Source of the DNA: the human T2T-CHM13v2.0 reference genome, Homo sapiens
Length of the DNA stretch: 64,000 nt
NCBI RefSeq assembly: GCF_009914755.1
Contig: NC_060934.1
Direction: 5' to 3' (one strand)
Numbering within the stretch: the stretch's first letter is position 1; each line of letters starts with the position of its first letter. Below are positions 1 to 16,560 of this stretch, one piece after another. The translations under genes and the position numbers were made by a program. A model generated the notes under the pieces. That model made no database searches, was not told the DNA's origin, and was given only the letters and a program-made list of their open reading frames with translations.

Positions 1-419
1 TGAAACATTTTACACATATGAAAACATTTGTATCTTACAAATTTGAATTTGTAATATCAAGTTTTTTTCATAAACGATTCTTCCATGTTCATGAAGCACA
101 AGAAAAATACCTTTATATCTTTTTTTTCTTGCACTTTAGAATGAATCTCTAGAAGGGTATAGCTTGTGCAGGCAGTTTGAATAGCACCAGGAATACTTAC
201 CAAATTCTGGAGAATGAGTAAATATGAACTCGTGAGGATTGTCAGTTGGTATTCCACAGCCAGTGTGCTTTTCCCCAAAGGCAGACTCACTCAGGTCTTC
301 TGTCATTGTCAAGTTGCCCTTACTTTTCGGTATTATTTTAATATATGGCATAACATAGCCTCCAGACCGGTGGCTCTTCAAAATCAGTTAATAAAAACGG
401 CCTGTGGGTTTTGCTGCAG

Positions 420-571
420 CAGCAGACTCCATGGACCAGAGCATCAGCATTACCTGGGAACTTAGTGGAAATGCAGAACCTCAGGCCCTGGCCCAGCCTT
501 ACAGAACCAAAAGCTACATGGAACAAGGTCCCAGGTGACTTGTCTGCATATGAAACTTTGAGAACCACTGT
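420..571. mobile_element. MER5A-like hAT-Charlie MITE
   Basis: gcatcagcattacctgggaacttag...atgcagaa...tttgagaaccactg resembles the MER5 consensus. Confidence 0.7.
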
Positions 572-755
572 ACCAAAGAGGCTTGAGGAAGGAAGACAGC
601 TAGGGGAAGAAACAGATGGCATCTAAAAAAATTGATAAAAACTAAAGGCAAACAAGTCAGAGTTCTCTCAGGGTAGAAGCAAAAACTCTGTTTACTTTGC
701 TAGTCCTTAAGAGCATCAATATTAATAAAATATTTATAATGTGTATTTGTAATGT

Positions 756-1055
756 ATATTAACACAATATTTATAATATAATCCTGTTAGAATCTAATAT
801 ATTCTCATTAAATGAAATATTCCCCATTCATTTCCCATACATAGCTTTCTTTCTTATTTCACAGAGAGCTGATTAACTTCTGGAGGATTCATAAAATATT
901 TTGCTTTTCATGATCCAGAATTTTTCCCAGCTGCACAATGAAATTCTTTCTTGTCTGCTCATATGCTGTAGTGGTTAAATATGCAAGAGAAAGCTTTGTC
1001 ATGATCTTAAAATATTACTTTAACTGATGAACTGTGAGTAAAATTTCTCTAAAAC
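756..1055 (+). repeat. ~300-bp direct repeat, copy 1
   Basis: Aligns to 2970-3271 with about 13 substitutions and a 2-bp indel (manual count). Confidence 0.95.
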
Positions 1056-1099
1056 CAAACAATAGATTTTTGATGTTTATTAACATAATCCTGTATTAA

Positions 1100-1222
1100 A
1101 TGAGGGCAGTTAAGATTAAAATATATCTGCACCCTCATGTTCACTGCAGCATTATTCAAAATATCCAGCCAAAACAACTGAAGTCTCTGAGAATGGATCA
1201 AACAAGTGGGGTGTGTGTGTGT

Positions 1223-1259
<37 letters not shown>

Positions 1260-1780
1260 AAATGTATATGTGTTCACAATGGAATATTATTCAGCAATAA
1301 TGAAGAAAAAAACTTCCTATTTGTGACAATGATGAGCGTGGAGGGGATTATGCAAAGTGAAATAACCCAGACAGAGAAAGATAAATACAGCACGATCTCA
1401 CTTATACATGGAATCTAAAAAAGTTGAATTTGTAGAAACAGAGAGTAGAATGGCAGTTGTCCAGGGCTGAGGCCTGGCCGAAATGGGGAGGTATTGGTCA
1501 AAAGATACAAATTTTCACTTACAAGATGAATAAGTTCTGGGAGTCTAGTGTACAGCCTGGTGACTATAGTTAGTAACACTGTATTGTATACTTGAAATTT
1601 GCTGAGAGTAGATCTGAAATGTTCTGATCACACACACAAAAGGTAACTATATGATGAAATGATGCTAATTAGCTTTACTGTAGTAATCCTTTCACTACGT
1701 ATATGTATATCAAAACATTACATTGCGTACCTTAGTTACAATTTTATTTGTCACTTATACATCAATAAAGCTTAAAAAAT
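1100..1780 (+). mobile_element. Old L1 (L1MA-like) 3' fragment containing (GT)n at 1209-1256
   Basis: Degenerate ORF2 C-terminal and 3'UTR motifs (ctgcaccctcatgttcactgcagcattatt; agtgaaataacccagacagagaaag). Confidence 0.8.
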
Positions 1781-1904
1781 TAATACATATATATGCAATA
1801 TGTTTTAAAAATCTCTATCAAAATAATTAAAATACAACATGCCAAACATGTCCAAAGATACACGTTGGATCCCTGAACAGTTTATACATGAAATAGATCT
1901 AATT

Positions 1905-2245
1905 TTCAGACACACGCTACAACATGGATGAACCTTGAAGACGTTAAGTGAAATAAGCCAGAGACAAAAGGACACATATTGTTTGGTCCCAGTTATATGA
2001 AGTACCTAAAGTAGGCAAACTCATAGAGACAGATAGTAAAACGGTGGTTCCCAGGGTTTGAGGGGAGGGGAGATGGAAATTATTGCTTAATGGGGGTGGA
2101 GATTCAGTTTGGGAATGAAAAAGTTCTGGAGATGGATGGTGGTAATGGTTGTACGACAATGGGAATGTACCTAATACCATAGAAGCTTACATTAAAAATT
2201 GTTAAAATGTTACATTTATGTCATGTATATTTTACCACAATAAAA
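1905..2245 (+). mobile_element. Old L1 (L1MB/MC-like) 3'UTR fragment
   Basis: acaacatggatgaaccttgaag...aagttctggagatggatggtggtaatggttg. Confidence 0.75.
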
Positions 2246-2574
2246 TACACATTTGTATTTATATATACAATTTTCAATAACTCATATAGGAAAAATATAT
2301 ATATATATAGAATCTACTTCACTGTGTTCCAGAAAAGTTGGCATGATAGATACATCTTCAAATCAAAATAGTTCAGGAAATTCCATGAAAAAGGGGTTTT
2401 TTAAATTATAGGACTTTAAAAACAATTTTAAATGCTAATATGAATTGTGTACCTTCACAGGGGACGTTGGTATAATAGTCAAATGAAAGAAATTTAAACC
2501 AAGGATCTTGTATGATTCATTAATTTTTACTGTGATATTGTCTCTAGATGTCTTTCATGTAAAAAAAAATGTTG

Positions 2575-3271
<697 letters not shown>

Positions 3272-4899
3272 TGTGAACAGCGCCATATCTCATACTGCGC
3301 TTAGAGATGGTGAAGCGTATTCTGTAATCACAGAAAGTTAAAATAAAGGCAACTAAGTAATCAAAATCATTGTTTTAATGAAAGTACTTTATTTATAACA
3401 TGAATAGATTTTTTTAGATTTTGCAAATGTTTACATTTAACACATATAGTATGATAAGACATTTAATAATTGCCAGAATGCATTTGACTCTCCCGGCTTT
3501 CTTCAGATATTTATAAGTTCACTTTAAAGTTTTTGAATTACACAGGGGAGATATTAATGGAAGAACTTCAATTTAGTTACCGGAATTTGATTTATATTTT
3601 ACAGTACAGTGAAGTTCTTGAACTTTTAGCTTTAAAAAATATTCTTTTACGTGTACAGGAACACATTAGTAAAAACAGCCAATCAATTCACCAAGGTTCT
3701 TACAGAGGTGGTTGCACCATGTCACCATGTTGCTTTCACACATCTTTATGGTGACGGATTTTGAAAGCTAATTTTCATTTTTCAAAGGATGGTGGTGTTT
3801 AGCATTCTGTAAAAAGCACAATGATTGACATTTTTTAACCAATAAAACATCTAGGTAATGAAAGAAATGGTTTGAACTTTTGTCCTAAAGCCAAATTTCA
3901 ACATTTATACAATCAAAAGTGGCTTTTATCTTGAGAGCTTCTTTCTTTATGTCTTTGCGGTTGAGCGACTAGCTCAATTATGAAGAGTCTGGGTGAGGGT
4001 GTGGGATGCATCAGTCATATGGTACTTTCCATTTTCACACTCATCGATCTCATTGCCATTTCACACCATTGCCTTGTTGGGGAAATTAGAATGGTGCCTT
4101 CAGCAGATATCTGAATGAAGAACATTGCTGTTTGCATGGACTTGTATAGCAATGCATAATTTGCTGCCCTAACAGTGCAATATTGAGTTTATTACCCAAA
4201 CAGGGACTGAGAGAGGGAAAAGAAGAGATGAAGTATTAATTATTATACTAGGACAACAGGCATGCATTGAGGCAACCCTGGGCCAGGCAAGACATGTGGT
4301 CACTCTACTCATGAAAGATTTTGTATTCCAGGGAAGTGTGTTCTAGGAATTGGAGGTAACCTTGTAGAGAGGTGGAAGGATTCCTTCGTCAAATCCACAG
4401 CCAAGAATTTGGAACTTTGAAGCACATTTCAGAGGCCAAATATGTACTTTGAGTCTTAAATATTTCTATACTCCACCAACTGACAGAACATTTTGGAGGT
4501 GGCATAGAAGGTGGCAGAGCTCACAGAGAACCGAGGGATTAGACCAGAGGGTTCTGTAAATGCCCAGGGAGAAAGTCACAGCTAGGTTGTAAGTGCTCAA
4601 GATTGTGTCAGAAAACAGAAGACACTCTCCCCTGGGGAGTAATGTTTTATCAAGAGCCATATCCTATAAATTATGTAGACACACCTAAGAAAAGAAAAAC
4701 ATAGCCAAGAGCAATAGATTTCCAGCTAGGTATATGGGCAAACTGCACTTCCCTGTCATAGCAGTGCACCATTAGGCGATGTGCAACATGTTTTTATTAT
4801 TATGCTGTAGTCAACTTTCTTGTTTTTTATTTGTAGGGAAATCCATTTAGAGGGAAAAATAATATTCATTTGTAATGAAAGAAATGCTGTACCAAAATC

Positions 4900-5048
4900 T
4901 ATGGATGCTCAAGTCCCTGGAGAACTTGAGCCCTGGGGAAAAGTCAGCTCTTGTATCTGCAGGTTGCACATCCTGCTAATACTATATTTTTGAACCACTA
5001 TTGGTTGAATCTGCAACAAGGAACCCACAGATATGGAAGACCCACTGT
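4900..5048. mobile_element. MER2/Tigger-family DNA transposon fragment
   Basis: ggatgctcaagtccct...ttggttgaatctgc...gaacccacagatatgga...actgt. Confidence 0.6.
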
Positions 5049-5369
5049 CTATTCTATGACTGTCTAACAAGCACGGCTTTCAGATCTAAAGGTTCAGTTT
5101 GCATGTAGAGAAATCGGAAGTGGCATTGTCATTTGCATACCGCACTTCAATGTTTTAAGAGTTGACATGTCAGTGATAAAATATGTGGTCATAAAATCAG
5201 GTGTCCCTATTACAGAGACTTGAAGATGCTTTGATTATTAAGATATAGTGAGCTTATTTGATATGCTGGTTAAATTGGCCGTATTAAAATTTACAAGTTG
5301 AACACAATGGTCAGAAGCAAACCCATGGTGATGGAGTCTTTTTAATTATGAAACAGAGTTCCTGGTTTA

Positions 5370-5575
5370 AGGAGGCTTCGGAATATGAGCTTTTGGTGTC
5401 AGACAGGTTCAAAGTCTAGATGTTCCATTTACTAAAATGTACCACAAGCAAGTTGCTTCATGTTCTGAGTTCCAATTTTCTCTTTTAGGAAATGGTATTT
5501 ACTATGTAGAGTGTTAAGAATTAAGGTTAATATATGTAAAATGCCTGCTACATACTTGGAACTCAGTGGTAGTTT
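5370..5575 (+). mobile_element. MIR
   Basis: Degenerate MIR core (tttggtgtcagacaggttcaaa...caagttgcttcatgttctgagtt). Confidence 0.55.
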
Positions 5576-6029
5576 GGCTGTTTTTATTGTTATTAAAGAT
5601 GATAGCATGAAGATCTTAGGAATCCTGTCAAAACTATGGGTGTTTTCTGACAACTTAATTCTCCTTTTCTTCCCCACTGTTTGAAAACTGCCTCAGCATA
5701 AAGAGGAATATTTAGGAATAAGCTTTTAAATTAATTGTATTAATTTATTCCCAAAAGTACTAAGATAGTCTGATACTATGATTCTTATTTTAGGAAAACG
5801 AAATTTAAGCACATAATAATGAATTTCTCGAAAGCAGAAATCAAGCTCTTAGACTTTCTAGTTGAATGCCCAGTCTTATGAAACCATCTATTTTTCTCTC
5901 ATAAATTTGGTGTCAAAGCTGTGAAAGGTGCCTATAAAGTATGCTCCAAACCCCGACTTTCTCTAGAACCAGTTCTTTTATGATAAATGGAGGAAATTAA
6001 GTGCTTGGCAACTTTTGAGTTATGTATTA

Positions 6030-6353
<324 letters not shown>

Positions 6354-6814
6354 AGACAAAAGATAACACCAGCTCAGTTCCGAATATCTAATTTACCTGC
6401 AATTCCAAAATGGCTAGGTATTTTTTTTTTGAGAAAGTGTTAGGATAGAATAATAAAATGCATACTGAGATGCTGATCTCAAGTTATTTGTGTGTCCAGA
6501 ATTAATTTAAACTTCCCCCTTCCCAGTGGATTTTTTTCATTTAAACTACCATCTCAGCAGGTTTATACTGGGCAAGCAAATTAGTTACTCCCTGAGAAGC
6601 TTTGGAGTTCCACCTTGCATCATTAAATAAAATGGAGATGGCCAACCAGAATGAAATGTACCAGACTTACAGATGGAAGCATGTGGAAGGGTCATGCCTC
6701 ACACAGCACCTGAGATATTGTGTGTGACTAGATAAAGGAAAGCTATTCCGATCATTAGAGAATATTCACTACCAAGCAGAATAATTTTGCAGGCCTCCTA
6801 AGATGATTAGCTAG

Positions 6815-7339
<525 letters not shown>

Positions 7340-7704
7340 TAGAGCAATCCAATTTTTTCAAAACAGGAAGAAAAATAGTCTAATCTTGTTTCTGGGAACT
7401 GAGAACAGAGATTTAGCACTATCTGTGAAATAAATTTACAAATACTTGAATGCAATTTAATCAGTCTTCGGGCTTCTTTATAATAAACAGTCTTATTCTT
7501 CCACATATATATTTTTAACCATCATTCCAGTGTTTACATATCATCTTAAAATAGAGGAACCATAACTACCTGTGGTTTTCCAATAAGTGTCTGTGAAACT
7601 CCAATAAAACAGAAAGGGTTTGTTCTCTTTTTTCTTTTGTTTTGTTCACATTTGTCATCGGATGTCATTCCCCATATACGTTAGCATCGTCTTAACTTTA
7701 CTTT

Positions 7705-7840
7705 TTAAATGTATATATTTTAAGTAAAGAGTGTCTCGCCATGTTGCCCAGGTTGATCTCAAACTCCTGGCCTCAAGCAATCCTCTCATCTCAGCCTCCC
7801 AAAAGTGCTGGGATTACAAGAGGGAGCCACCACACCTGGC
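7705..7840 (-). mobile_element. FLAM / free left Alu monomer
   Basis: Single reverse-complement left arm (ctcaaactcctggcctcaagcaatcct...gtgctgggattaca). Confidence 0.75.
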
Positions 7841-8239
7841 AAACCTTACAATAGCACAATTGTACTTGTACTGTAGATCATCTTTCAACCTCATTGAACA
7901 TTATCCTATTTGTTTCTTCTTTCAGACTTCCAAAGAATTATACCAAAAATAAGTATTGATCATATTTTTAATTACAGCCATTGGAAATTGGGGTTGGTGG
8001 TAGTGGGTGAGAGTGCTAGGGGATGGGGTGGGAAAATTCAACCATCCATCTGTTGGCTACAGCCATAAATCTAGTTAATTGTTTAACAGTGTGGTAAGTT
8101 CTTAATTTTTGCTTTTGTGCCATGACTCATTTCTTTAACATTTTGTGGCAGACAAAGTTAAGTTTAAAGTTTAAAATAGAAAGGGGACTATAAATCATTG
8201 TAACTATGTATTAACAACACATTTTCTCTAAACTCATAT

Positions 8240-8900
8240 AATATTTTACTTCTTTTTCTCTGTTCAAGCCAATTATTAAATACATAGCATAGACGATACC
8301 TGGATGCACAAAGATGGATGCCACGATCCCTGCCTTTGAGGTGGTCTCAGTCTGGTAGCTTAAGTAGATAAGCAAGGAATTGCAATCGGTTATGAAGGAT
8401 GCTTTAAGAGGGATGGAAGGTGATTCAGATGGATTCGAGATGCCTTGTTGAAGGAGATGACTCCTGAAATGAGCAGTGAAGGGAAATGAAAAGTAGTCAG
8501 GAAGCCAGAAGTAAGGAATTACTGAGAGAAGACGGAACCAAAGAGAGGTGGGAGGGATCATGTCCTAATTGGAGGGAAGAATCCCCAAAGAGGGCAGAAA
8601 GATGGGAGTAGTTAGGGATGAAAGACGTGTGTGATTGGACAGGGAGAAGAGAACTGATGAAACAGGAGAGGAAGGAAGGGGACTCTAGAGAGTGCTGAGG
8701 AATTGGAAATGTGTCTGCAGGATGATGGTGACCCAGGTAGTCATGTTAAAGCATGTGACCAATCAAATTTGCTCTAAAGGGCTGTTGTGTCTGAGATGAG
8801 GAGAATGGAGAGGGTGAAAGGCTGGAGTCAAAAAAACATGGATGTGCTGAAGAAATATCAGTGAGAGATGATGAAGGCCTAAGCCAAGGCAGTGATTCTC
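8240..8900 (-). mobile_element. L2 fragments
   Basis: Purine-rich degenerate antisense L2-like motifs. Confidence 0.45.
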
Positions 8901-9457
8901 AAAGGGAAGCTGTGCGGGCAGTGTGTCACGGTGGTCTGATGTGAGCATACCATAACCAGTTAGGGAAGAGCACGGGCTGCCCAGGGTTCCGACACGATGT
9001 TGACACTGCACCCATGTCTAAATATTAGGGTGCTTCAGTTTTATTAGATAGAAAATAGAGAAAAGAAAAGTAGCTTCCCTGTGGAGTTGTCATGAGGATT
9101 AAATGAAATAACACCTGTGAAGGTTTTTCCATGTAGTAAGATCTCCATAAACATTAATAGATATTTGTTGTCCATTCTAATAAGAAGACTAGGAAAAACA
9201 CCAGATAAGACAATTAGAAAATATGTTTGTAATTCACCTTTAGTCTTTTGCCATCTTATAATTACTACATAACTATGATTTGCATTAAAAAGATTCTAAT
9301 AGAGCCCCTGTGTTAGATGTTGAAAGACCCATTCTTTTCCGGTGAGATGAAGAATAGTGAAAGATAACAATATGACTGATAAAACTAGGGGCAGCTGGTC
9401 TCACCCAGAGTGTGAGGGACAAAAACGCAGTCTTTCTCATTTTAGAAAGGGCCAATT

Positions 9458-9489
<32 letters not shown>

Positions 9490-9746
9490 TATATCTGGAT
9501 CACGGAGTCAACATCTCTTTACCCATGATTGCCATGATCAAACCTTAAAGAGAATCAGTAGTGGTTTTAAATTGCAAGTGAGGAGGAGAATTTAAAAAAA
9601 TGAAAAAGGACCAGGAAGGGAAAGGAAAGTGAAATGGAAATTTCTGGTAGAGTCAGAGGCAGCCTAATAATTCCGATATCTAAGAAAGTGGAGTTCTAGT
9701 TCATTTTGTTCTTAGAGCCTTAAACATATAGATTGCAGCTTTTAAA

Positions 9747-9761
9747 TCTGTCTATCTGTCC

Positions 9762-9809
<48 letters not shown>
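9747..9809. repeat. (TCTA)n tetranucleotide STR
   Basis: Directly visible. Confidence 0.95.
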
Positions 9810-9810
<1 letters not shown>

Positions 9811-9816
9811 ACTAGC

Positions 9817-10064
<248 letters not shown>

Positions 10065-10349
10065 TAAGCCTCGAATTTCCTTCCTGCCTTTTTTGCTTCG
10101 TTTCTACCTTCCTATTCCTACTCTGTTAAATTTCCATCGAAATAGGCAACTCATGTTAATTATGTTCCACTTTTATCTATGTTCATATAGTCACACACAG
10201 ATATATATATAGTAGATACATACATATTCAAAATTATATGTGTTTCTGTGGTTGTTTGTTTTTTAAGAAATATATTATCTTGTAACTATTGTCCCTATCT
10301 TCTTACTAAAGATAGCTTATGGCAGTTGCTCCAAGTCATCAAATACTAT

Positions 10350-13300
10350 CTATTTTTTTCATTTTTTATGATAAAGTATTGGTTAAATGTAAAATTCAAC
10401 CATTTTAGTGTACAGTTCACTGAGTTCTGACATACATACACAATTGTGTAACCATCACAAAAATGAAGATATAAAACAATTCTATTCCTGCCCAACACAT
10501 TTTTCTGTGCCATTATGTACTCAATAATTCTCCCACCTCCCACCACTGACATCAATGATCTGATTTCTAGCCCTAGTGTATGCCTGTTCCAGAATGTCTT
10601 GAAAATGGAATCATATCATATGTAGCATTTTGATTCTGCCTTCTTTCAATTAGCATAAAGGACTTGAGACTCATCCATGTCGCTGGCTTCAGCCACAATT
10701 CCTTCCTTTTTCACTGCTGAATAGTTGGGTCCATTGTGTGGATGAGCCACACTTCATTTATCCACTAACCAGCTGAAGGACACTTAGATTGTTTCCAAAT
10801 ATTGTCAAATATGAGTAAAAACACCATTAAATTTGCATACGTGTTTTTGTCTGGACATAAGTGTTTATTTGGTTTGAGTTCTCTATCCAATGCCTATGTC
10901 TGTTTTTGTTTTTGTTTTTGTTTTTTTTGCACTCTGGTTGGTGATAGAACTCTACCATTCCTGACTTTCTGCGACCTTCGGGAAATGTTCCAGCTATTCA
11001 TTTCAGGTGTTTTTACCCCCAGACTCAGGTAGTTTTCTCCAATCCATGCACACGATCGGTCCTTACATGGCAATTTAGGGGGGACTGTCTGCAGATTTCG
11101 GGAGCTTGCTGTCTTTTCAAAGCTCCAGTACCTGAAAGGGGCAGCTGGCACTCTGTCTTATGAATTCTACCCATGTGGGTCTCCCCAAAGCACCGACTCT
11201 ATCTGTTTCAACTTGAGGAGACTACCACACTCCTGTGTTTCCCCTCTGCACAGGCACCTGGAAACTCTGTCTAGGCAGTAAGCTGTGGGAATTACAGGAC
11301 TTAACTCATTTGTTTCCCCTCTCTCAGAGATCACTATCCTGTGATCTATCACTATCTTACATTCCCATTGTCCTATATTTGACAGTCCATGCTAAATATG
11401 CTTTTTTTCTAATATTTTTCTTTTGCTCGTTTAAGACAGAAGATAAAATCTAGTCTGTGATACTGGATTCATGTTTGTTTATTTAGCTAAATATATTTGA
11501 TTTGGATATACCATAATGTATCTAGCTGTTCCCCTATCCAGTGACATCAATATCATGACGATGTTTCAAATTTATTCTTGTACACATTTCCTCCTGTAGG
11601 ATACTTTCGATTTTATGCAATAGATAATAACTAGGAGTGAGACTTCTATATTTTTTAAGCAAGATATGTATTTATATTTTCAATAAACATTTATAGATTC
11701 ATTTACCCTAAAACTTTAGTACTTCAATTTTTAGTGACAAAATGGGACTACTTTTTCCTATTTTCCTACCAGCAAGAGGCATTATAATTCTCTATAAAAA
11801 TTTCCAATTAATGGGTGTACAATGATTTCTCATATGTAATATTTATTTGCATTTCACTGAAAAATATTTTTTTCAAGTGTTTCCAATGTCTCAATTTATT
11901 TGGGTTCTTTAATTTTACTAAGTAATATTTTACAGCTTTCGGGGTAGAGATTTTGAAAATCTTTTGCTAATATTTTCCTAGGTTTTTGTGTTACTTTTAA
12001 AGAACTTCTGATTTTGATTATTGCTGACATATAGAAGTGCATTTTTATAGAAAATATTGACCTTGTATCCAGTGGCCTTGCTAATTTTATTTATCATAGC
12101 TAGGAACTTATACATATATATTTTATTTTCTAGGATCACAATTATTTTGTCTGCAAATAATGGCAATTTTATTTCCTTTTTTCTAAATATTAACAGTTCT
12201 ATCTTCCTTTTGTTGTTTTATGTACTGGACAGAATTTCTAGAATGTGTTGAATAGAACTGGTGGTAGCTGCTAGACTTGTCTTATTTCTCTCTCAGAGGA
12301 AAAGCTGTCAATAGTTGAACCTTAAGTGCCATGCTTACTGAAAAATTGTATTCTTTATCAGATAAAAATGTTCCCTTCTATTCAAGAGTGTGCTTTTTAA
12401 AAAAATTAAGAAATTGAATGTATGTTAAAAGTTTTCAGTATTTTTCAGCATCTATTATGATATGATTGTCAGATTATCTTTTTTGTCTATAAGGTAAATT
12501 GATTTTTTAAATATTAAACCCCTCTTGCACTCCTGAACCAAACCTAACTGGAGTAATTTTATTTATTATTCATTTCTTTATTCTATATGGTAATGCTTGT
12601 TTATAACTTTTGCATTTGTGAAAGTTATAGAGACTGGCCTCTAACGTTCCTAAGACACGTAAGGTGTTACTTCTAGGCCAGTGCATTAACAAGGTACCTG
12701 TTTTGCAGAAGGTGAGGTCGAGCCAGATGTGAACACTTTAACCCAGGGAGACTATTCACTCTGTCCTTTAATTTTTATATTGTGCTGGTCACATAGCCAC
12801 TCTGGGGTATGTGGGTGTGTGAGAGTTTTACAATAAACAAATCTGATTACCAGAAGTAAACTCCTTGCCATGACCAGGAATAAAACTGGTAAATTCCACA
12901 TTTCTCTAACTTGGCTCATTGTTTAGAGCAGGCTGATAGGAAGATAAATCAAGGGACGTGTTCCTAGAAGTCCCTGGGCCTGTGGTCAGAGTTTAGACTC
13001 TCTATACCCCTTACCTGCACATATTAATTTTAACACAATATTGTCAACTTTCTAAATATTTGGTTAAAATTATCATAGGATAGCATTTAGCTTCCAAATC
13101 AATGGTCAGTAACTTCATATTTTAATTCTATTATCTTTCCATCTAGAAACATGTTATCTCTTTTCATCTAACCAGAGAGTTTGCAGTCTTTCACAAAGTT
13201 TATAATGTTCTTCATATAAATCATGTCCCTTTTCTGTTAAATTTATTCCTACATTAAAAAAATTAATTTTGCTATCAGGAGTTGGACATTTCTTGCTGTT

Positions 13301-14100
13301 TATGTATCTGGAAACTTACTGCTAAGATAAGATAAGTAATTGTGTAATATATCTGTTTCCATTTAGCTTACCAAATTTTCTAAATGATACTATAATTATA
13401 AAAAATGGAATACTTTGGCTTTCTATTTTTACAATTATATTATTGGTAAAACATGGGAAATTTACTTCTCTTTTTCTATAATGTCTACTAGATATTTTAT
13501 TTCCTTGACTTCTACACTCACCAGACCTTTAAGATAATATTAGTCTAAGATTATAAATATTGCCTAATATTATCTCTAATTGATAGTTGTGACAGAAATA
13601 TGTCATTTCCCATTTTAATTAATATTGTTTTATCATTTGCCATTTAGAATGCTATTTATTTTGAGGTTGTTCACTAGTCTTTATTTAATTATTTCCTTTT
13701 ATTTTATTAAGATTTGTGACTTGAAATTGTTCACTGGTTTTTCATAGTCTTTTCAACATTTAGATAGGATTCTATGACTTGACACTTTCATTTGTTGTTG
13801 TAACTGAATATGGAGACCGAGCTCCTAAATTAAACCAAACCTACATTCTTGGAAGGCTCAGATTAATCAAGACACACTATTTTTGGATAACAATTTCAAA
13901 TTTATTCGACATCATTTTAATTAGAATATTTGTTCCTATGCTCACAAGTGAGATTGCTCTCTAGAGTTTTAAATTTTGTCCTATTTTCATCCATTTTATT
14001 AAAAATTAAAGATATTCTGGCAACCTAATATGAATCAGGGAGCTCTCCATATTTTTCTAAGATCTGAGGTTTCTCAAATAATGTTGCAAATATTTGTTTT
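10350..14100 (-). mobile_element. Cluster of old antisense L1M fragments, with a probable LTR fragment near 12640-13020
   Basis: T-rich degenerate L1 motifs; ORF 11978-12166 (PLFADKIIVILEN...INKISKATGYKVNI) resembles the L1 RT LFADD region. Confidence 0.6.
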
Positions 14101-14116
14101 TTAAAAATTAAATAGG

Positions 14117-14395
14117 GAGCCAGGTGCAGTGGCTCATGCCTGAAATCCCAGCACTTTGAAGGGCCAAGGCAGGAGGATTGCTTGAGGCCAGGAGTTTGAG
14201 ACTCTGCTCCTACAAAAAAATTTAAAAATTTGCTGTATGTGGTAGTGTGCTCCTGTACTCCCAGTGGGAGGCTGAAGTTGGAGGATTGTTTGAACCCAGG
14301 AGTTCCAGGCAGCAGTGAGCCATAATCATGCTACTGCACTCTAGCCTAGGTGACAGAGCCAGACCCTGTCTCAGGAAAAAAAAAAAAGAAAAGAA
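14117..14395 (+). mobile_element. AluJ
   Basis: ggaggattgcttgaggccaggagttt J-type motif; flanking aaaattaaat TSD. Confidence 0.85.
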
Positions 14396-15718
14396 AATTA
14401 AATTTAACTCAGATGTGGGACCGTACATATCTCGCTAGATTTTCTTTTCATTACTTTTTCAGTTACTTTTGTTGTCTAAACGATTTATTCAGGCCTTTTG
14501 CTTCATTTAGATTTTGGCGTCTTAATGTGTACATGTTCTCACCTTCGTTAACCTCTTGTTTGAAATTTGTATATTCTTTTGAATGACTGGAGGAGTAAGG
14601 TCTTTGAATATCGGTTCATTTGTTTTTAGAATTTTGATCATCTTTTTAAAAATATTCATTTGAATTTTACCTAAACCTGAGCATTTTTAGGTGGAAGAAT
14701 TTTTCAAAATCACCTTTTCCCATTCTTTTCCTTTTTAGGTGAAGCATAGAGAATTTAATGAACTTGCTCGCATGCACTGTTTCCATTACCTGTAGTTTGG
14801 AATTTGGGGACAGTAATCTTTATCTTTCCAAGTTGGTTTTGAGATTTAAAAACAATATAAACTGGGTTCTATTTTTCCCACTCAAAGATGACACTGCTGC
14901 CTCACATCCTTGGTTGTTTGGTTAAACATGTGATGGAGTCTATAAAATAATACATTCTAATTCTAAATCCTTTCCTTTGTGTGCAGTCGGCATTGACTTG
15001 TATCTAGGAAAATCACTCTCTGAATACGGTATTTTCCAATGAAAATAGTTGGTTTTCCAAATTGCCTATCACTGTGACTATCAAAGGGCAGTATCAGACC
15101 TTGACATTGTTGGGTATAGCCTTCCTTGTAAGTCTTCAATATTCAGTGAAACTACCCCAGACAGCAGCTCTGAACCTGTGATCTTTTAAGCTGCTGAGAG
15201 ATGTTATCCCCTGCACATTTGCCATGAGCACATCCGTCGTAGTTAAAATCTAAAAGCGGTGATTTTGTTAATGTTCAGATTAGATCTTTAATTAAGCTTT
15301 AATCCCCTCTAGCACAGACAACAATGTCAAACATGTAAGACCCAGGAGAAACTAAAATTCATTCCATAAGCTCATATCCTTCGGTACTTTGTGAAGAAAC
15401 TAAAAAGTAAAGCTCTTGTGGGTATTTCATAAGGGCGTGTTGAATATCTAATTGTCAGCTTAGAAGCTTCATTTAATTTGATGTCAAACTCTATGACATA
15501 AATGAAGCCAACAGAAATGTTTGTTTAGGTGATTTGGATCAAGAGCTTGTTTTAATTGATTAAATGTTATTTTAGGTATTTAATGTTATACCGGTATAAA
15601 TGCTATTTGTTATCTACAAACCATAATAGTAAACATGTAAAAAATGTACTTTTCTTTAATTGATAGTTTAGCATGTGCAAGGATAAGATTGTGGAGCAAA
15701 GAACAGCTAAGTGTGTAA

Positions 15719-15898
<180 letters not shown>

Positions 15899-16329
15899 TA
15901 AATCGCTGAGCTTGGGTTACTCTGCTAGTAATTGCCCGCCATGTTTTACTAGCACTTTAATGATGAATTAAGAGATTTACATGCGCTATTTCAACACAAA
16001 ATGCTACGTCCTTCTAGAATACCATTTGTAACACATAACTGGCACCATTCTTTTGAGGGCTATTAAAGCTTTCTGTTGTTTTATATTCTTTTCACACAGT
16101 CATTTCAATAATCTAAAGCTGTGGATACGTGTTGCCAAAATTTTTGGCCAACAGTGTACATTGAGAAAAATAAAGTCAGTTAAATAAGTGTTTGTTGAAA
16201 GAAAGACAAATGGAAATGATTATATTTACTGAAATTTGAGTTTTTTAAATGAGTCCTCTGGTGCCAGGCAAACACAAACTAAGGAGTGAAATACCCATTT
16301 TATTTCAGCAGCATATTAGAGAGGACGGA

Positions 16330-16560
16330 CTAGTTAGACTTGGTTCAAGTCTCTTTTGCCACTTTCTAACTGTGGCTCAGACAAATTGTATATTCCTTTT
16401 GAGACGCAGTGTCTACACCAGAAACATACATGATTGTATGCATTAAATGTCAGCATTTACATTGGAAGCATACACGATTATATGGAATAATGTCAAGGAT
16501 TAAAATGTGATTAAATAAAGCACCTGGCAAAATATTTGGTACATAGTAGGTAAACAATGT
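16330..16560 (+). mobile_element. MIR-like fragment
   Basis: Degenerate MIR motifs. Confidence 0.4.
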